Assembly: GCA_002189035.1 (NCBI GenBank)
Contig: NEEC01000010.1
Location: 1,984,001-2,048,000 of the forward strand
DNA from: Utricularia gibba
Taxonomy: Eukaryota > Plantae > Magnoliophyta
Length of the DNA: 64,000 nucleotides
Direction of reading: 5' to 3'
The stretch's first letter is position 1, and every line of letters begins with the position of its first letter. This document shows positions 26,543-40,366 of the stretch, in pieces. The notes under the pieces are model-generated. The model did no database searches. It worked only from the letters and a program-made list of their open reading frames with translations, and was not told where the DNA came from. The position numbers and the translations under genes were made by a program.

Positions 26543-27160
26543 AAAATATCTGGATGCCGTCGCGTAGTGTCAGCACTTTTCAGATATTTTGTGAAAACTA
26601 TCTTCGGCGTGAAGGACCCGGTTACCGATGGTGGATGACTCGTCGGAATGATTGATCCAACGTTTTTCCACATTCCGACGGCCGTGAAAGCGCTGCTTGG
26701 TTTGCAAGCCATTGGTGGTTTTACACCACGTGGGCCTGCCTTCCCACTACCATAAACACACACATCATCACATAAATTTAATTCATTTTTTAGTTTATCT
26801 TTAAATAATAAAATCAATTTAATTAAAATTCATTATCATTTAACACATATTTACAGGTGGCGCATGGATGGCAGCCTTCCATTAAAATAATAATCAGTGA
26901 TCATGGATCAGAATTCATTAATTCAGGAGTGGTTAAAATATCTAAAATAAAAGAAAATCGATGGGCGTGGTGGTGGGGGGGCACGGGAGAACTTATTCAT
27001 GATAACCATCACGTTTCCCTTTTCAGAAATGACAAAACACTTGAAGATAACTTTAAGATTCTTATCACCATGGTGACGCCACCCATGATAACCTTTTAAA
27101 TTTATTTAATTTCATAGGATAATGGCATCTCCACTGTCGACGTGGAGTACAAGATATTTT
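26543..27160. promoter_or_regulatory. Cluster of four evening elements with a G-box and a CRT/DRE core
   Basis: AAAATATCT at 26543 and 26935; AGATATTTT at 26582 and 27152; CACGTG at about 26728; CCGAC at about 26675. Confidence 0.6.
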
Positions 27161-28185
27161 TGAAGTGATGACTCGGGGTCGGGACTGGAAAAACCATCTG
27201 GAAAGCAGTTGGGCCGCGTCAGCCCATATAGGTGCTTAGCGAAAATAACGAGCCAACCCAATACGGCGTGATGGGCTCACACCCGGCCCAAACCTCACCA
27301 CATTTGCGCACGGACAAGGTGCACTTTTCAGTTTTTAATTATATATTAGTGAAATACTATAATTGATCTCCAAGAAATTACTATTTGTAAAATTTTACTA
27401 TGAGAAAATTAATTTGAAAATATTAACTTCCAAGTTCAATTTCATTTATTCCTGTTGCTAGCCACTAATGGCTGCCAGCCTAACCAGCACCGAGTCCAAT
27501 TTTATTGAATATTAAAATATTAAAATATCGTAAATTAATTGTGTTCAATATTAAAAATTAGAAATAAATAATGTAAATTACATTAGTGAATAATTTAATT
27601 TTAAATTTTAGAAATTAGAAAATAAATTGTTTAATGTTTTTAGATTTCAATATTCATCCATCCTAGAAAAATAGAAATTCAGGTTTCTAAATTAATTTAA
27701 AAAATTTCCAAATATTTTGGATCCTCATTTTGACGATTAAAAAAATTAATTATAAAAATTACATTAATCAATTTATATATATTTCAAAAATACATTGATA
27801 TATTCATAATAAATTATGCAATAATTTTATTTACTAAACCCTATAATATATAATTTGATATACCAAATTTTATTATATAATTTTATACTATTACGCAAAC
27901 TTTCTTTTTGATCCTTTTCTCATAAAATAAATTTAAAATCTGAATTAGTCTATATCAGTGAAAAAGGGTTTTTAGCCTTTTTTTTGTTTGACCTAGGACT
28001 ACGTGTGTAGCTCAATGGAAATGGAGTTTTTCAATTTTTTTTTTGTAATTTCCAAGCAATAGGAATATATTAATTTTTTATTTAAAATAATAATTAAAAT
28101 ACAGCACACTTAGAGGGGAAAAAATTGCATTTATCTCATGAAAAATACACGCACTCACGAAAACAAGGGCATCTCTCCTCCGGAG

Positions 28186-29620
28186 TTAAAAGCACGGTGG
28201 AGGCACCACTCTCCCGGTTGAACTTCCGATGACATTGGAACACGACGACGTCGCCCTTCCACCGCGGCCATGGTAGCTCAAGTTTATATTCATTAGCTTC
28301 ACGTTCCTGCAGGGAAGAGCTCCGCTGCAGTGTAATTTGACTGCGACTTCGGTTTCTGACACTCCCCAGATGTTCTTGAACGTCACGTCCTTTATCTGCA
28401 CGGCGGAGCTCGACTGCCCACAAAAAAATGAAGAAGAGAAAAGAATGTTTGATGAAAAAACGGGATAAAATCGTTCAATAATAAATGCAGGTATTGTCTC
28501 CTACTTACTCCGGCGTCGCATTGCGAAAACGGGCAGTAATTCTGATCAATAAGGATGGGGTTCCTGGTGTGCTGAATCATGATATCCTCGAACAGCATCC
28601 CAGAAGCGAGGCTGTAGGAAGAAGGAGCCCACGTCTTGATCCTAACGCCGTTGTCCGTTCCGACGAAGGTGCAATTTTGGACGTGTATGCCCTCCACATA
28701 CTCTTTTTCGTGGCTCCGCCCCAGGCTGCCGACGCTGATGCCGTGACCGGGGCCGCAACGGACGTTTTTGATGTGGATATTTTTGGCGCCGGACACCATG
28801 GAGACGCAGTCGTCACCGGTGCCGATCACCGAGTTGAAGATTCTGATGTTCTTGGACGTGCCGATGCGGATGCCGTCGGTGTTGGGGCTGTCCGACGGCG
28901 CTTTCAGGTGGATTCTGGAGATGTTGATGTTGTTGCAGGCGAAGACGACAATATGCGAGCTTTTGCTGTCAAAGGAACGAATTTTCTCCACACGCCCGTT
29001 GTTCACGAAGTCCAATCTCAATGTCTGCTTACAGCAAAACACAGCATTGGATTATTCTTCGAATTTTAGAATTAAAATAAATATTATTTATTCTCTTGAA
29101 GAAGAAATTACTCACCGTCGGGAGATCCCTGCAATGCGAATTTCTGGGGCAATCGTTATACCGCCAAGCCGACGGCCCCTGGCCGTCAAAAAGGCCGCCC
29201 TTCACCGTCAGATGATTCACATACCGGAATCCGATCCAGGTATCCTTCAGCCGGCTCCGTTTATCGGTCCGAGCTTTCAACACGCCCTTGACCAAAAACG
29301 TCGTCCTTCCCCGGCAAGGACCGGCGAACGACACCGGCCCGAGCAGAAAGGTTCCCTTGGGAACCCAGAACCGGGTGCGACCGGCATACTCACAGGCTTC
29401 CTTCCACGTCCTCAAGAATGCCTGGTAAAATTCCGATCCCGATGCGCAATTCTGGGAATCAAACGTAAAAGACCACAAATTCAATAGCACTTACCTCGGC
29501 GTTGTCGGTCTTGCCATCCGGAACCGCGCCGTAGTGAACGACATTGAAGTACTTGACGCATGCGGCGGCGGCGGCGATCTGGTGGAGGAGGAAGAAGAAG
29601 AAGAAGAAGAAGGTTTTCAT
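28186..29620 (-). CDS. Polygalacturonase (GH28, exo-PG-like), 4 exons
   Basis: Signal peptide MKTFFFFFFLL; all four GH28 motifs intact: SPNTDG, GDDC, GPGHG, RIKT. Confidence 0.92.
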
Positions 29621-29945
29621 TGTGGTTTAGAAGGTGAGCGGTGGTTGACTGGCGATGAGTAAAGTCATTTATAGCAGGAGCTTCCAGTTCAGACTCGGAA
29701 ATCTAGGAACTTTTCTTCATGGAAATTGTCAGTAACGGTTAATTGTAAGACCAGCGCAAAATGAGATCTGGTGATACGACAGTGTCTAATTTTGAATATC
29801 ATTTAAATTATTAATTATTAATTAATAAAATATTAAAAATATTAAGCACCTATTTTTCTAACAGAAAAGATCCACGAGGTTACCGGAACTAAACTTGTTG
29901 TTGATATAACCCTAATTGCATTCAGATCGCGATCGGTGGTCAACG

Positions 29946-30914
29946 ATGAAGATCTGCATTTTATTATCTTTGTTTGCTTTCTTGGCGGCGGCGGCGGTTG
30001 GCGGGGGTGCACCGTCACCGGCGCCTGATTGCAGCGTTGCGTTTGAAATGGAGAATTGTGCTGATTATATTCTTGACGGGAGCCTAAGTGATACTCCGTC
30101 GGCGGGTTGCTGTGGCGGCCTTAAAGATACGCTGCAAGTAAGTTTTCAGTGCGTTTGCGCCGCGGTTCAGATGGCCACGGGCATGGGCTTCGATGTTAAT
30201 ATGACGAGAGCTGACGGATTGGCCGACACTTGCCATCTTAAATCTCCGCCGCTGAGTTCTTGCACATGTGAGATGAATGATTAGTAGGTTTCTGCGTCAA
30301 TTTTGTGGATTATTTTTTGTTTTTAATTTTGATCCTTTTTTTTTTTTTGATTCGTTAGCAAGCTCCGGTCCGCCGCCCTCACCTGAAAACCCGGCGCCGC
30401 CTGCTGGATTGGATTGCAGCCTTTACGTAGGCGATTTAGGGGAATGCATAACGTTCTTGGATCGAGGAAGCAACAAGACGATCCCTTCGGAACAGTGTTG
30501 CTCCGCCTTTGAAATGGTGGCCCGTGAGAATTTTAGGTGTGTTTGCGACGCCCTGAGCACCGCCCCGATGTTGGATTTCACGATCGATTACACACGCGCC
30601 GATCAACTACCTGATCTCTGCCGAGTAGCTTCTCCTTCGATTAGTACATGCAGTGGTACATCGATATTTTTTGTTTTTTTTTCCATTTTTTCTGCTTCAT
30701 CACCTTTGCTCATTTTGTCTCCATGTACACAGTTTCTGCGCCTCCACCGGGTTATTCAGCTCCATCGCCATCTTCACCAGGAGAATTTCCGCCATCTCCA
30801 AGTAGGTTGCCGGTGTATTTCAAGCCATCGTCCTTCGTCCCCGCTCCGGCACCAAGCACGTCGGCCGGGACGCGCTTGAGCAGCTGGGCAGGATTTATCT
30901 TCTTCAATCATTAA
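29946..30914 (+). CDS. Non-specific lipid transfer protein, xylogen/LTPG-like, with two tandem 8-Cys domains; 3 exons
   Basis: Signal peptide; two complete C-C-CC-CxC-C-C patterns; Pro/Ser-rich tail. Exons about 29946-30267, 30359-30655 and 30733-30914. Confidence 0.85.
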
Positions 30915-31401
30915 CCGACCAACTCTTCAACAAAACGGGATTGTTGTTTAACTATATTTTTTTTTAAATAAACGGCGGCTTCCGGAGATCTTCGTCGTCT
31001 TCCTGGTCACGAACTCCATCGGCAGATCCCCAGCATAGAAAGCCAGCCTTTTTAGAGTATTTTTACCACATTTAACTCTTTACTTAGCTGATTATGTTAT
31101 TTGTGTTTTGTATTCATCATTTTGATGAAAAAGGTTGGATTTTTATTCCTATTCATTAATTAGGGTGCATAAGTACATTCAGAGACATCAACCATTAACT
31201 TCTGCTTCAGACATTCCTGTCAGTCACCTTCATCTTCCTCGTGAAGCCAAGCGGCCTGCTGGTTCTTGTGATCACAAATAAATAGATCATAGTTTTCTCG
31301 ACTTGTGCTCGATTCAATTGAATGGGAGACGCAGGAAGCCAGCCATCCATATATAGTCTCGAGTTTACAGCATTCACATCACCTGTAGTCATACTTCAAG
31401 A

Positions 31402-31786
31402 ATGGCAAGAACCTCTCTGCAGTTAATCTCCATGGCCAATATTATCTTCTTGGTGGTTTCCTCCTGTGAAGCCCGAGTTCCATTTCATCGTAAATCCGAC
31501 CGGCCTTTCATTTTCCGGTTGAACGCACATGGTATCTTGCCTGATATTCATATGTTGCTTTTCTGCAGTAGAAAGACATGTTCAGGACGAGAGAATGCAA
31601 AATGAAGGGAAGATGGGTATGGAGTTTTACCCTACTGGATCGAGCCTGCCAGGGTGCTCCCATGCCTGCGGTGTCTGCTCGCCTTGCCGGAGAGTGATGA
31701 TCAGCTTAAAGTTCGCCGTTGAATCCTGCCCTGTCATTTACCGCTGCTTCTGCAAGGGAAAATATTACCATGTTGCAAGCAATTGA
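31402..31786 (+). CDS. EPF2: EPIDERMAL PATTERNING FACTOR 2-like secreted peptide, 2 exons
   Basis: Signal peptide; mature region YPTGSSLPGCSHACGVCSPCRRVMISLKFAVESCPVIYRCFCKGKYYHV; intron 31490-31568. Confidence 0.85.
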
Positions 31787-32013
31787 AACCAGCCTCTGGT
31801 CTCTGTGTAAGAAGCAAAATCATACATTGAATGTTACAAGTTGCAAAGTTCAATATCAAGAGTATCCACCACAAATTTACAAGGAATACACAAATATCCA
31901 TACAGTTGCAATGGAAAATCAGTTACACGTAATCCCATCTTCTATCAAATTTACAGTATAACAACAATACCTAGTATGAGAAATAACCTTTGTAGAAGGG
32001 AAAGTGTTCTACT

Positions 32014-33619
32014 TTACTGCCCATCTTCATCCTTCTCAAGCTCAAGGCCTTCGGCAGCAAGAAGCTGGCTTATGATCTTTTTCTTGTCTTCTTGGTCCTT
32101 TTTACGCATTAAATCCCTTTTTCGTAAGACAAGTGTATGCCTCCTTAAAGTGTTGTTGAAGGTCTCAACTGAAGCCCTTTTCTCCTTGAACAGTATCTTT
32201 CTCTCTTCATCAGGATCAATCTGAATTCAAAATACAAGTACAGATTCAATATAATTGGATAAGAAACACAAACACATCGAATGGACAGATAAAAATAATA
32301 CCTTTGAACGAGAAAGACGGCGTACTCGTAGATTCAATTCACGCTGCTGCTGTTCGGCCCATGAAGTTAATGCCATGTCACCCCTTTGGTTAAATGCTTT
32401 TCGCTTCTTCATCAGCCACTCCATCCATGCTTGGGATGCCTAACAAAAGCATAAAAGACAACTTATTCCAAGAGTATTTCTACACATTACAGGGAACTAT
32501 CTGGAAACTCACTGACATATGGGGAAAGAAACAACACTGAAAACAAAATGTGAAAAACAACACAATAGGACTCATTCCATTCATCCATGTCCCATAGATT
32601 GAGAAACAGGGATCCCAGAAGAAGGAAAACATTGATTTTGCTAATCATGTAACATGAAAAAGAAAATGAAAAGATAGAACAATGAGAACCTTCATAGGAT
32701 TCACACGATTGTCATAGTCATACTGCTTCCTTTTCTCCACATCTATAAGAAGTTCGTATGCAGCCTGAATTTTTATAAATCGAGCTTCAGCTGTCTCACC
32801 TTCGTCTAAGGTGCCTCTTCCATCATAAACTTAAATAAGTAAAGATCGGTGTTAGTCCTAGTGTTCATGATCATAATTCTACTATGTCAGTCATTCGCAG
32901 ACATCAGTGATCACTGTTAAAAGGAAATTGTGCAGGAAAAATCCTCATAAGTTGGCAGAAGAAACTAAATAGACAAGCTTGGCATACAGTTGTACACAAT
33001 TCAGAAGCTCGTGAATGGGATAGATGTGATATGTCCTGAGGAACATGTTTGTATTGCATAAATGCAAAATATGGAATGCCAAAGAAATACCACATCAAAA
33101 ACGCTTTGGCAACCCAATTACCTAAACCACTTCACCCTTGTAAAATATGCTAATTTCTTATAAAATCGGCAACCCAATTAAACAGTGAAGGAGGATTGAT
33201 TAGGCACACACCATCTGGATGATAGAACTTAGCCAAACGCCTGTACGCGATTTTAATTTGATCCGCATTAGCATCGCCCTCCAATTCTGAAATGAAGAAA
33301 ATGAAAATTAAAGAAACCAACTTCTTCGTGAATTCGAACGCGACAAGAATACTATACCCAGAGTCTCGTAGGGGGACTTGGATTCAGTCCAATTCGAAGC
33401 CCTGGTAGCAACCATTCTCCTCTGGCGATTCAACCTCGCCCTCAATTCCGACTTCCTCTGTCCTCCCAGTCTGTCAAACGAGACCGCAAAAACCGAATAC
33501 CGATACGCAACCCTGAAATTACAATCAGGGTTTTCAACAGCAGCCATGGATCTGTAACCGCTGGCCATACAAGAAAACACGGCGTGAGGCCGGCTACATA
33601 CAGCCCTCAAAGCGTTCAT
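32014..33619 (-). CDS. DnaJ-domain chaperone, plastid-type (At1g77930-like), multi-exon
   Basis: SPYETL|ELEGDANADQIKIAYRRLAKFYHPD (HPD intact); ARFIKIQAAYELL; ASQAWMEWLMKKRKAFNQRGDM; ends LLAAEGLELEKDEDGQ*. Confidence 0.85.
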
Positions 33620-34829
33620 CTCCTCCTCTGGGAACAAGCAGTTTCACGATCACAGACTACTCGATGACGATTCAGCGATCCTTCAACCGAAAACGTGCGG
33701 GAAAAGAATTGCATACCCAGAAAAACCTTGTTGCGTGGCGTTTGTTGAATCTGGACCGGAATCTTCTATTTTTATTTTCCGAAATGTCTTATTTTAATAA
33801 ATCTATTTATTGTAATTAGAATTCATCCACGTCAGCTTTAAAAGTTTTCCATTTTTGTTAAAGTATTTTGGAACACAAATTCTCAAATGTATATTCACCA
33901 CTCAAATTATGACAAGTCTAATACAATGCTCCCTTTTCTCGCTTTTATGTTACCTATTACTCCTTAAAACAATATACGAACGAACAATATTTAAAAATTT
34001 AAATATATCGATCGTCAAAAATATCAAAATATGATTGACATAAAACCTTAGTGTAAAAAATACTTTTCAATGATAAGTGTGAATTCTAATATGATTCACA
34101 CCTATATTCAAGCATGTTTTGTATTTTTAATATATGATTTAAATTATGTAGAATATATTCATTATGTGAATATAATTAATTTAAGATTATAAAACTTAAT
34201 AAAATAAAATATATATTATAAAATTCAGTATTATGATATAAATATATTTTTAAAAAAATTAAATATTATAAATTTTTAAATTAATCTCGTATTTGATCAT
34301 TAAAATAGAAATTCAAAAAATTAGAGATTTGAGTTTTTTTTATACCACATCCCTCTTTGGCTTCCTAAGCCATTATAACATATTTATCAATATCCGGAAA
34401 TTTGACGTAGTATTTATGAAAATTGAGTTATTAACTTTCATTTATTAAATTTTGGTTACGTTTGTATTCATTTTCGAAAGAAAATTGAATTTATTCATTT
34501 CTGTTTTTAGAAAAAATGATAAATAAATTTATTCATTTTTATAAACATTTATTCCATTTTCAAAAGTGTTGTATCAACATTTACGAAAATGAATAAAGAT
34601 GATATTAGCGTTTCTTACACTAGAACCCCTTTGGAGTTAAAGGTTAGGACACAGGGAGTTAGTGGTGAGGACACTTTTGGTTGTCATTCGTTCAACCAAT
34701 CTTTATTATAAGGAGTGAATTGACGGAGAAAGTACAAATACCATTGAATACTTTGGTGTTTCAACGCCTACAGCAGACATCTCTTGAATTGAGAACCACA
34801 ATTTTGAAGTGATGGTGCAGGAGATTTTG

Positions 34830-35808
34830 CTACAAGATGGAGCAGGAGCAACCGCTCTTCGTTCCTGAAGTCTTCTTGTACTCATCTGGGACAGCAACAT
34901 TCATGTTTAGTAGTCCATATGATCAACCCCAATGCACAAAAGCAGACACTTGGCAATCTATACACTCCTGCTGCACAACTTGCAGTTCTCAACAGGGATT
35001 CATGGATTCACTCACATAGCAAGAGCCTAAAGATTATGAATCAAAACTTCTACCATGGGTTCAGTTCAACATAGCACAAGTTGGTTTGTAATGAATCATT
35101 TACTAGTACTTTTGTCCTGGGATGTGTTTATTCAACATTTTTCATGTATGATCAAGACTTTTTACCTTGGAGTTTCTGAGGAAGTACAGGGCGCAGGACA
35201 ACGTGCATTGTGATGACACTTCTTGGGAAGTCAGTTGCAGGGAGTGTTGATTCAGCAAGTGTTGTGTTGTTTTCAAGTATCTTCCCAGAACTGATCACCA
35301 TTATGTCCCTTATAACTTTAGGGGCGTTGCCTTTCTCTGCACATATGGATATTTTGTCAGGCAACCAAGCCCAATTTACTGTAAGTACATTCATAAGAGT
35401 GAAAAAAGGCAGGCAAAAACATGAACAGATGGATCATCATTAGTGCGGCTTCCTCCTACTTACACAAGGAATCAGCAAACATTTGGCAGAAAATCTATGC
35501 AAATCTGAAACTGACAGAGGGAATTGCTTCCACTAAAGATCACTTTGATTCCAAAATGTCTATCTATGAAATCAGCGAAATATGCCAACAAATCAGGAGG
35601 AATAAGATGAATCATCTGAAAACATAAGCCCAAAGCAAGAATTTTCTAAAGATAGGAAAACAGAGCTACATTAACAACCTCGAGGCCACAAAGCAACAAT
35701 CTTTTCCTTGAGAGCTGCCACATTTGCTGCAGAACTGAACTTCAATGGCCCAATATCACTGCCATCAGCAAGCCTAAACTTGAGCTCAATCAACTCTTCT
35801 CCAGACAT
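34830..35808 (-). CDS. MUB: Membrane-anchored ubiquitin-fold protein, 3 exons
   Basis: MSGEELIELKFRLADGSDIGP; ISSGKILENN; VITMHVVLRP; C-terminal CaaX GCSCSIL*. Confidence 0.9.
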
Positions 35809-37046
35809 CCTATCCTTGGGCTAAAACCAATGTTTGGGTTCGAAATAAGGGAAACCCAGAAGCAGAAAACAATGTTTCAAGATTAGAAACGGGTTCAGGA
35901 AGTCGAGAAACGAAAATTAAATTCTAAAGGGGCTGGGCATCCGAAAACTGGAGGAAGGAATGATTCCTATCCGCGCACCGAAGGGAAGAAGATTGCTGTT
36001 GATAAGCGCCGATGCCCGGAAATTCAGCTTAAATGGAAGAAACAAAGACCCATAAAGCAAGACTCTTCTACGCATGGAACGCGGCAAGACGAAATCAGTC
36101 AACGGGTGGCAACAAAAGTATGAATTTTTCTCCAATTATTTAACGGCTCTGTGCGCGCGTGCTCATTGACGTGGCGGTCTAGTCTCTTCTACGCTACCCT
36201 GCCTGGAAACATTTTTTTTTATTAATTATTTCTCCAATATATATTTTTTAAGCATTATCTAAATGAAAAAAAAATTAATTCAAATTCCTATAAAAGTATT
36301 AAATATGTAAAATTAAATTTTTTCCATTTAAACATTGAAAATTTCCATTGTAGTGATACAAAAATATGGTGATATTGGAGAGGTTTTTGAAAAACAAATA
36401 TTTATATGGGGTATATATTTTTTTACCAAAATGATATTTAATTCTTATTATTCGATGAAAATGACATATTTCGTTATATTTAATATAATTGATCTTTAAT
36501 ATTTCATCTATTAAATACACTTAATTCTTAAAATTTGATATATAGTTAAAATGAACCCATAATGTTTTTAATTTACATATAAATTTTATTCATAGGTGAT
36601 GTAGAGGGATTATTTTTTTATTTATTATTTAATTATTGAGTTTAAAAATAAAATTAAGCGTTTTTAAGTAAAGTAAGAAAAATGTAATTTTAAGTAAATC
36701 TATATACATAGGATTAAAAAATTCCATATAAATCTCGGACTGATTTAAACTTATCAACTAAATATCATATAATTTATAATTCTAATTTTAAACCTATCTA
36801 ATTTGAATTTGGATAGGAGGTTATGGATGAGTATGGAGTAATTAAGGTAAAATAAATAATGCTTTGGTTTATCCGTTATGGAGAGTGATTAAGGTAAAAT
36901 ATTTTCCGAGATTTGACCGTATGTTACCGAGTTTAACTCACGTTGAATTCAAATTTACCGCGGTGAAGTAAATATCTGTCTGCTAACCCTGGTTTGGAAC
37001 GGTATTAGCTGTCACTGAGTGGCTGCATCTCATCTCATATATATAT

Positions 37047-37604
37047 ATGTATATATATGTGCGCAATTCACCATGCAAAACCTCAACCGCCATTGACGGG
37101 GAAGAGAAAAGGAAAGGCAAGAAAGGAATCTTTTACTTGATGTACAGCCCAGAGGTCTGCGATTGCATTGGGATGGAGAGTTGCGCCGATTTCGCATCCG
37201 ATGTGGAATGCACGCGCCGTTGGGGAGGGGGTATACGGGGAGCGGCGCGGCGGAGGGCGGCGGGGAGGGAGTACCCTCCGCCGATTCAACGGCGGGTGAA
37301 TGTGACGAGGTACGCGACGCCGGATGGGCGGTTGATTGTGAGAGAAGAGAAGATCCAACGGCAGGAGTATTTCCAGGCGGAGCGATCGAATGGGCGACTG
37401 GTTCTCCGCCTCGTAAATATCATCGACCGCGACGACGACGACGCCAGGGATGATGAGGAAGGAAAGGAGGAGGAGGGTGGGAGGGTGAGGGATCTGACGG
37501 CGGTGGTTGATTCCAGCGTCTATTATGGCAGAGGAGTGAACAACTGCGGCGGTTTCACGGCGACGGTGGAGACAGTGCCGCTGCGTTCGCCGCTTCGTAC
37601 GTAA
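37047..37604 (+). CDS. FANTASTIC FOUR-like (DUF3049) protein, intronless; start codon uncertain (37047 or 37140)
   Basis: CIGMESC; EYPPPI...RYATPDGRLIVREEKIQRQEYFQAERSNGRLVLRLV. Confidence 0.8.
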   Translation: MYIYVRNSPCKTSTAIDGEEKRKGKKGIFYLMYSPEVCDCIGMESCADFASDVECTRRWGGGIRGAARRRAAGREYPPPIQRRVNVTRYATPDGRLIVREEKIQRQEYFQAERSNGRLVLRLVNIIDRDDDDARDDEEGKEEEGGRVRDLTAVVDSSVYYGRGVNNCGGFTATVETVPLRSPLRT

Positions 37605-38302
37605 AACCGGAACCTTTTTCTTTTTTTTTTTACATTTTACCCCTTGAATTTCTTTGTTATCAGAGAAGTACTCCTTCAATTTCAGGCATTTACGTTTCAG
37701 TCATACCAAAATATTGCTTCTCTCCCCCCAAATCCATGTGCTTGTATTTCGATAAGTTTTAGGATTCATTAATTTTTTTTATTTCAAAAAAAATTTCCAT
37801 TTATGGCGGTGAATGCATCACTGGAAATTTATCCAGATCGGGTAAAACCATTTACCAGTGCGTTACAGCCTGTAAGTCGGGAACATGCATGCATGCCGTT
37901 ACCAAATTGCGTGCATTAAATTTAATTACATTCATTTACCTTATTATATAACCCAAAGACAAAATCGTACACGCATGGGGAGCGTGATGACACGCGTCGT
38001 TGCCTTGCCATCCTCAAAAACATCAATTATAAAAATATTCGAAAATTCCAATTTGTATCATACTGTATTTTTTATGAATAATATTAAATTTTAACAAAAC
38101 ATCAAACTTAGGGTAATATTCACATACAGAATTGATAATTAATTTATTTATTAAGGTAAAAATGTCTAAAAGTAAGGTTTATTTTCTCAAATGAATAGAT
38201 GTGTTAAAAAAAAGGCAATTTTGGATATTAATTTATCTGGGAGAACAAGGCAAACAAATCCAGAAGTACAGAGCAACTTCTCAAAGAGCGGAGAGGAAGG
38301 CG

Positions 38303-39424
<1,122 letters not shown>

Positions 39425-39493
39425 TGTCGGCGGCAGGAAACCAGAGATCTTCCGCGAATCGCCAGACGAGTCAAAAGAGACCGTGCATTTTTC

Positions 39494-39566
39494 TAGGGTT
39501 TCCTCTTTTATGGGCCGCATTCTAAACAATCCCCAAGGCCCATTTCTAAGAGAAACTCCAGGCCCA
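39494..39566 (-). promoter_or_regulatory. Telo-box plus site II elements of the RPL30 promoter
   Basis: TAGGGTTT at 39494-39501; TGGGCC at 39511; GGCCCA at 39537 and 39561. This is the typical ribosomal-protein promoter layout. Confidence 0.7.
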
Positions 39567-39858
39567 TGTTACCTTCAAAACATTCCCTCTCTTCACTGAA
39601 CAGCAGACACTCAAGATCCACAACCTGCCTTCGTTATTCTGCATCATGATCCCGAAAGAAGCCCTAAAAAACACAGACCAGATCGCTCTCACTGCAGCAC
39701 CTGAAAATAGGAACCACCCCACTCAATTCCTCATCCCAAGCAAGCAGAAACAACACCCAAAACATCCCAATGTGTCCAAATCCATCCACCACCCCCCGTA
39801 TAAAGACACCCAAATGCACCAACAGAATGAAACCGGGGCAGAGCTTCTGATCAGAAAG

Positions 39859-40366
39859 ATGAGTTCTTCAGAGTTTATTGAGTACAAGGTTACCAGAGAG
39901 GGGAACCTCAAGAAGACTCCGCGGTATCCGATCCCAGTCTCTCTACGAGTCTTTGGCATGACTAAAGCAAGCGCCGAGATGCTTAAGAAAGCCCTCTCCC
40001 AGCTCCCTGGTACGTGACCATTGTTCTTGATCAGTCAACAAGGGTGCGTTTTTTGATCACATGTTGTTAGGGGTGGAGAGAGTGGATGTGGAGAAGGAGC
40101 ACCAGAAGGTGATTGTCACTGGTTACATGGGGCAGGACGAGGTGATCAAGAAAATTAAGAAGATGGGAATGAAGGTGGAGCCATGGCGGTACCTCCCCTA
40201 CAACCACGTCGCGCATCCGTACCACCCCTCCGTGTACGACCCCCGAGCGCCGCCGAATCATGTCCGGGAGACGAGCGACCCGGCGGTGCTGAACATGCAC
40301 CCCGATGAGGAGAGGGTGGCCACCTTGTTTAGCGACGAGCCTCGCAAGTCGTGCTATTTGATGTAG
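39859..40366 (+). CDS. Heavy-metal-associated isoprenylated plant protein (HIPP20-27 clade) lacking the CxxC motif, 2 exons
   Basis: LKKALSQLP|GVERVDVEKEHQKVIVTGY; VEPWRYLPYNHVAHPY; RAPPNHVR; TLFSDEPRKSCYLM* (CaaX). Confidence 0.85.

Noticed and set aside
28485-29487. Long plus-strand ORFs (194 and 239 aa) over the polygalacturonase, and similar antisense ORFs over the VQ, FAF and hydrolase genes
   Set aside because: Shadow ORFs caused by GC-rich codon usage on the coding strand.
33108-33180. 13-bp direct repeat ggcaacccaatta, 60 bp apart
   Set aside because: Short, intronic (DnaJ) and with no further structure; not a CRISPR or TE signature.
34618-34650. Second hairpin-plus-CTAG, Helitron-like end
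   Set aside because: The stem is AT-rich and weak, and the adjacent AT-rich block lies on the wrong side for an element body.
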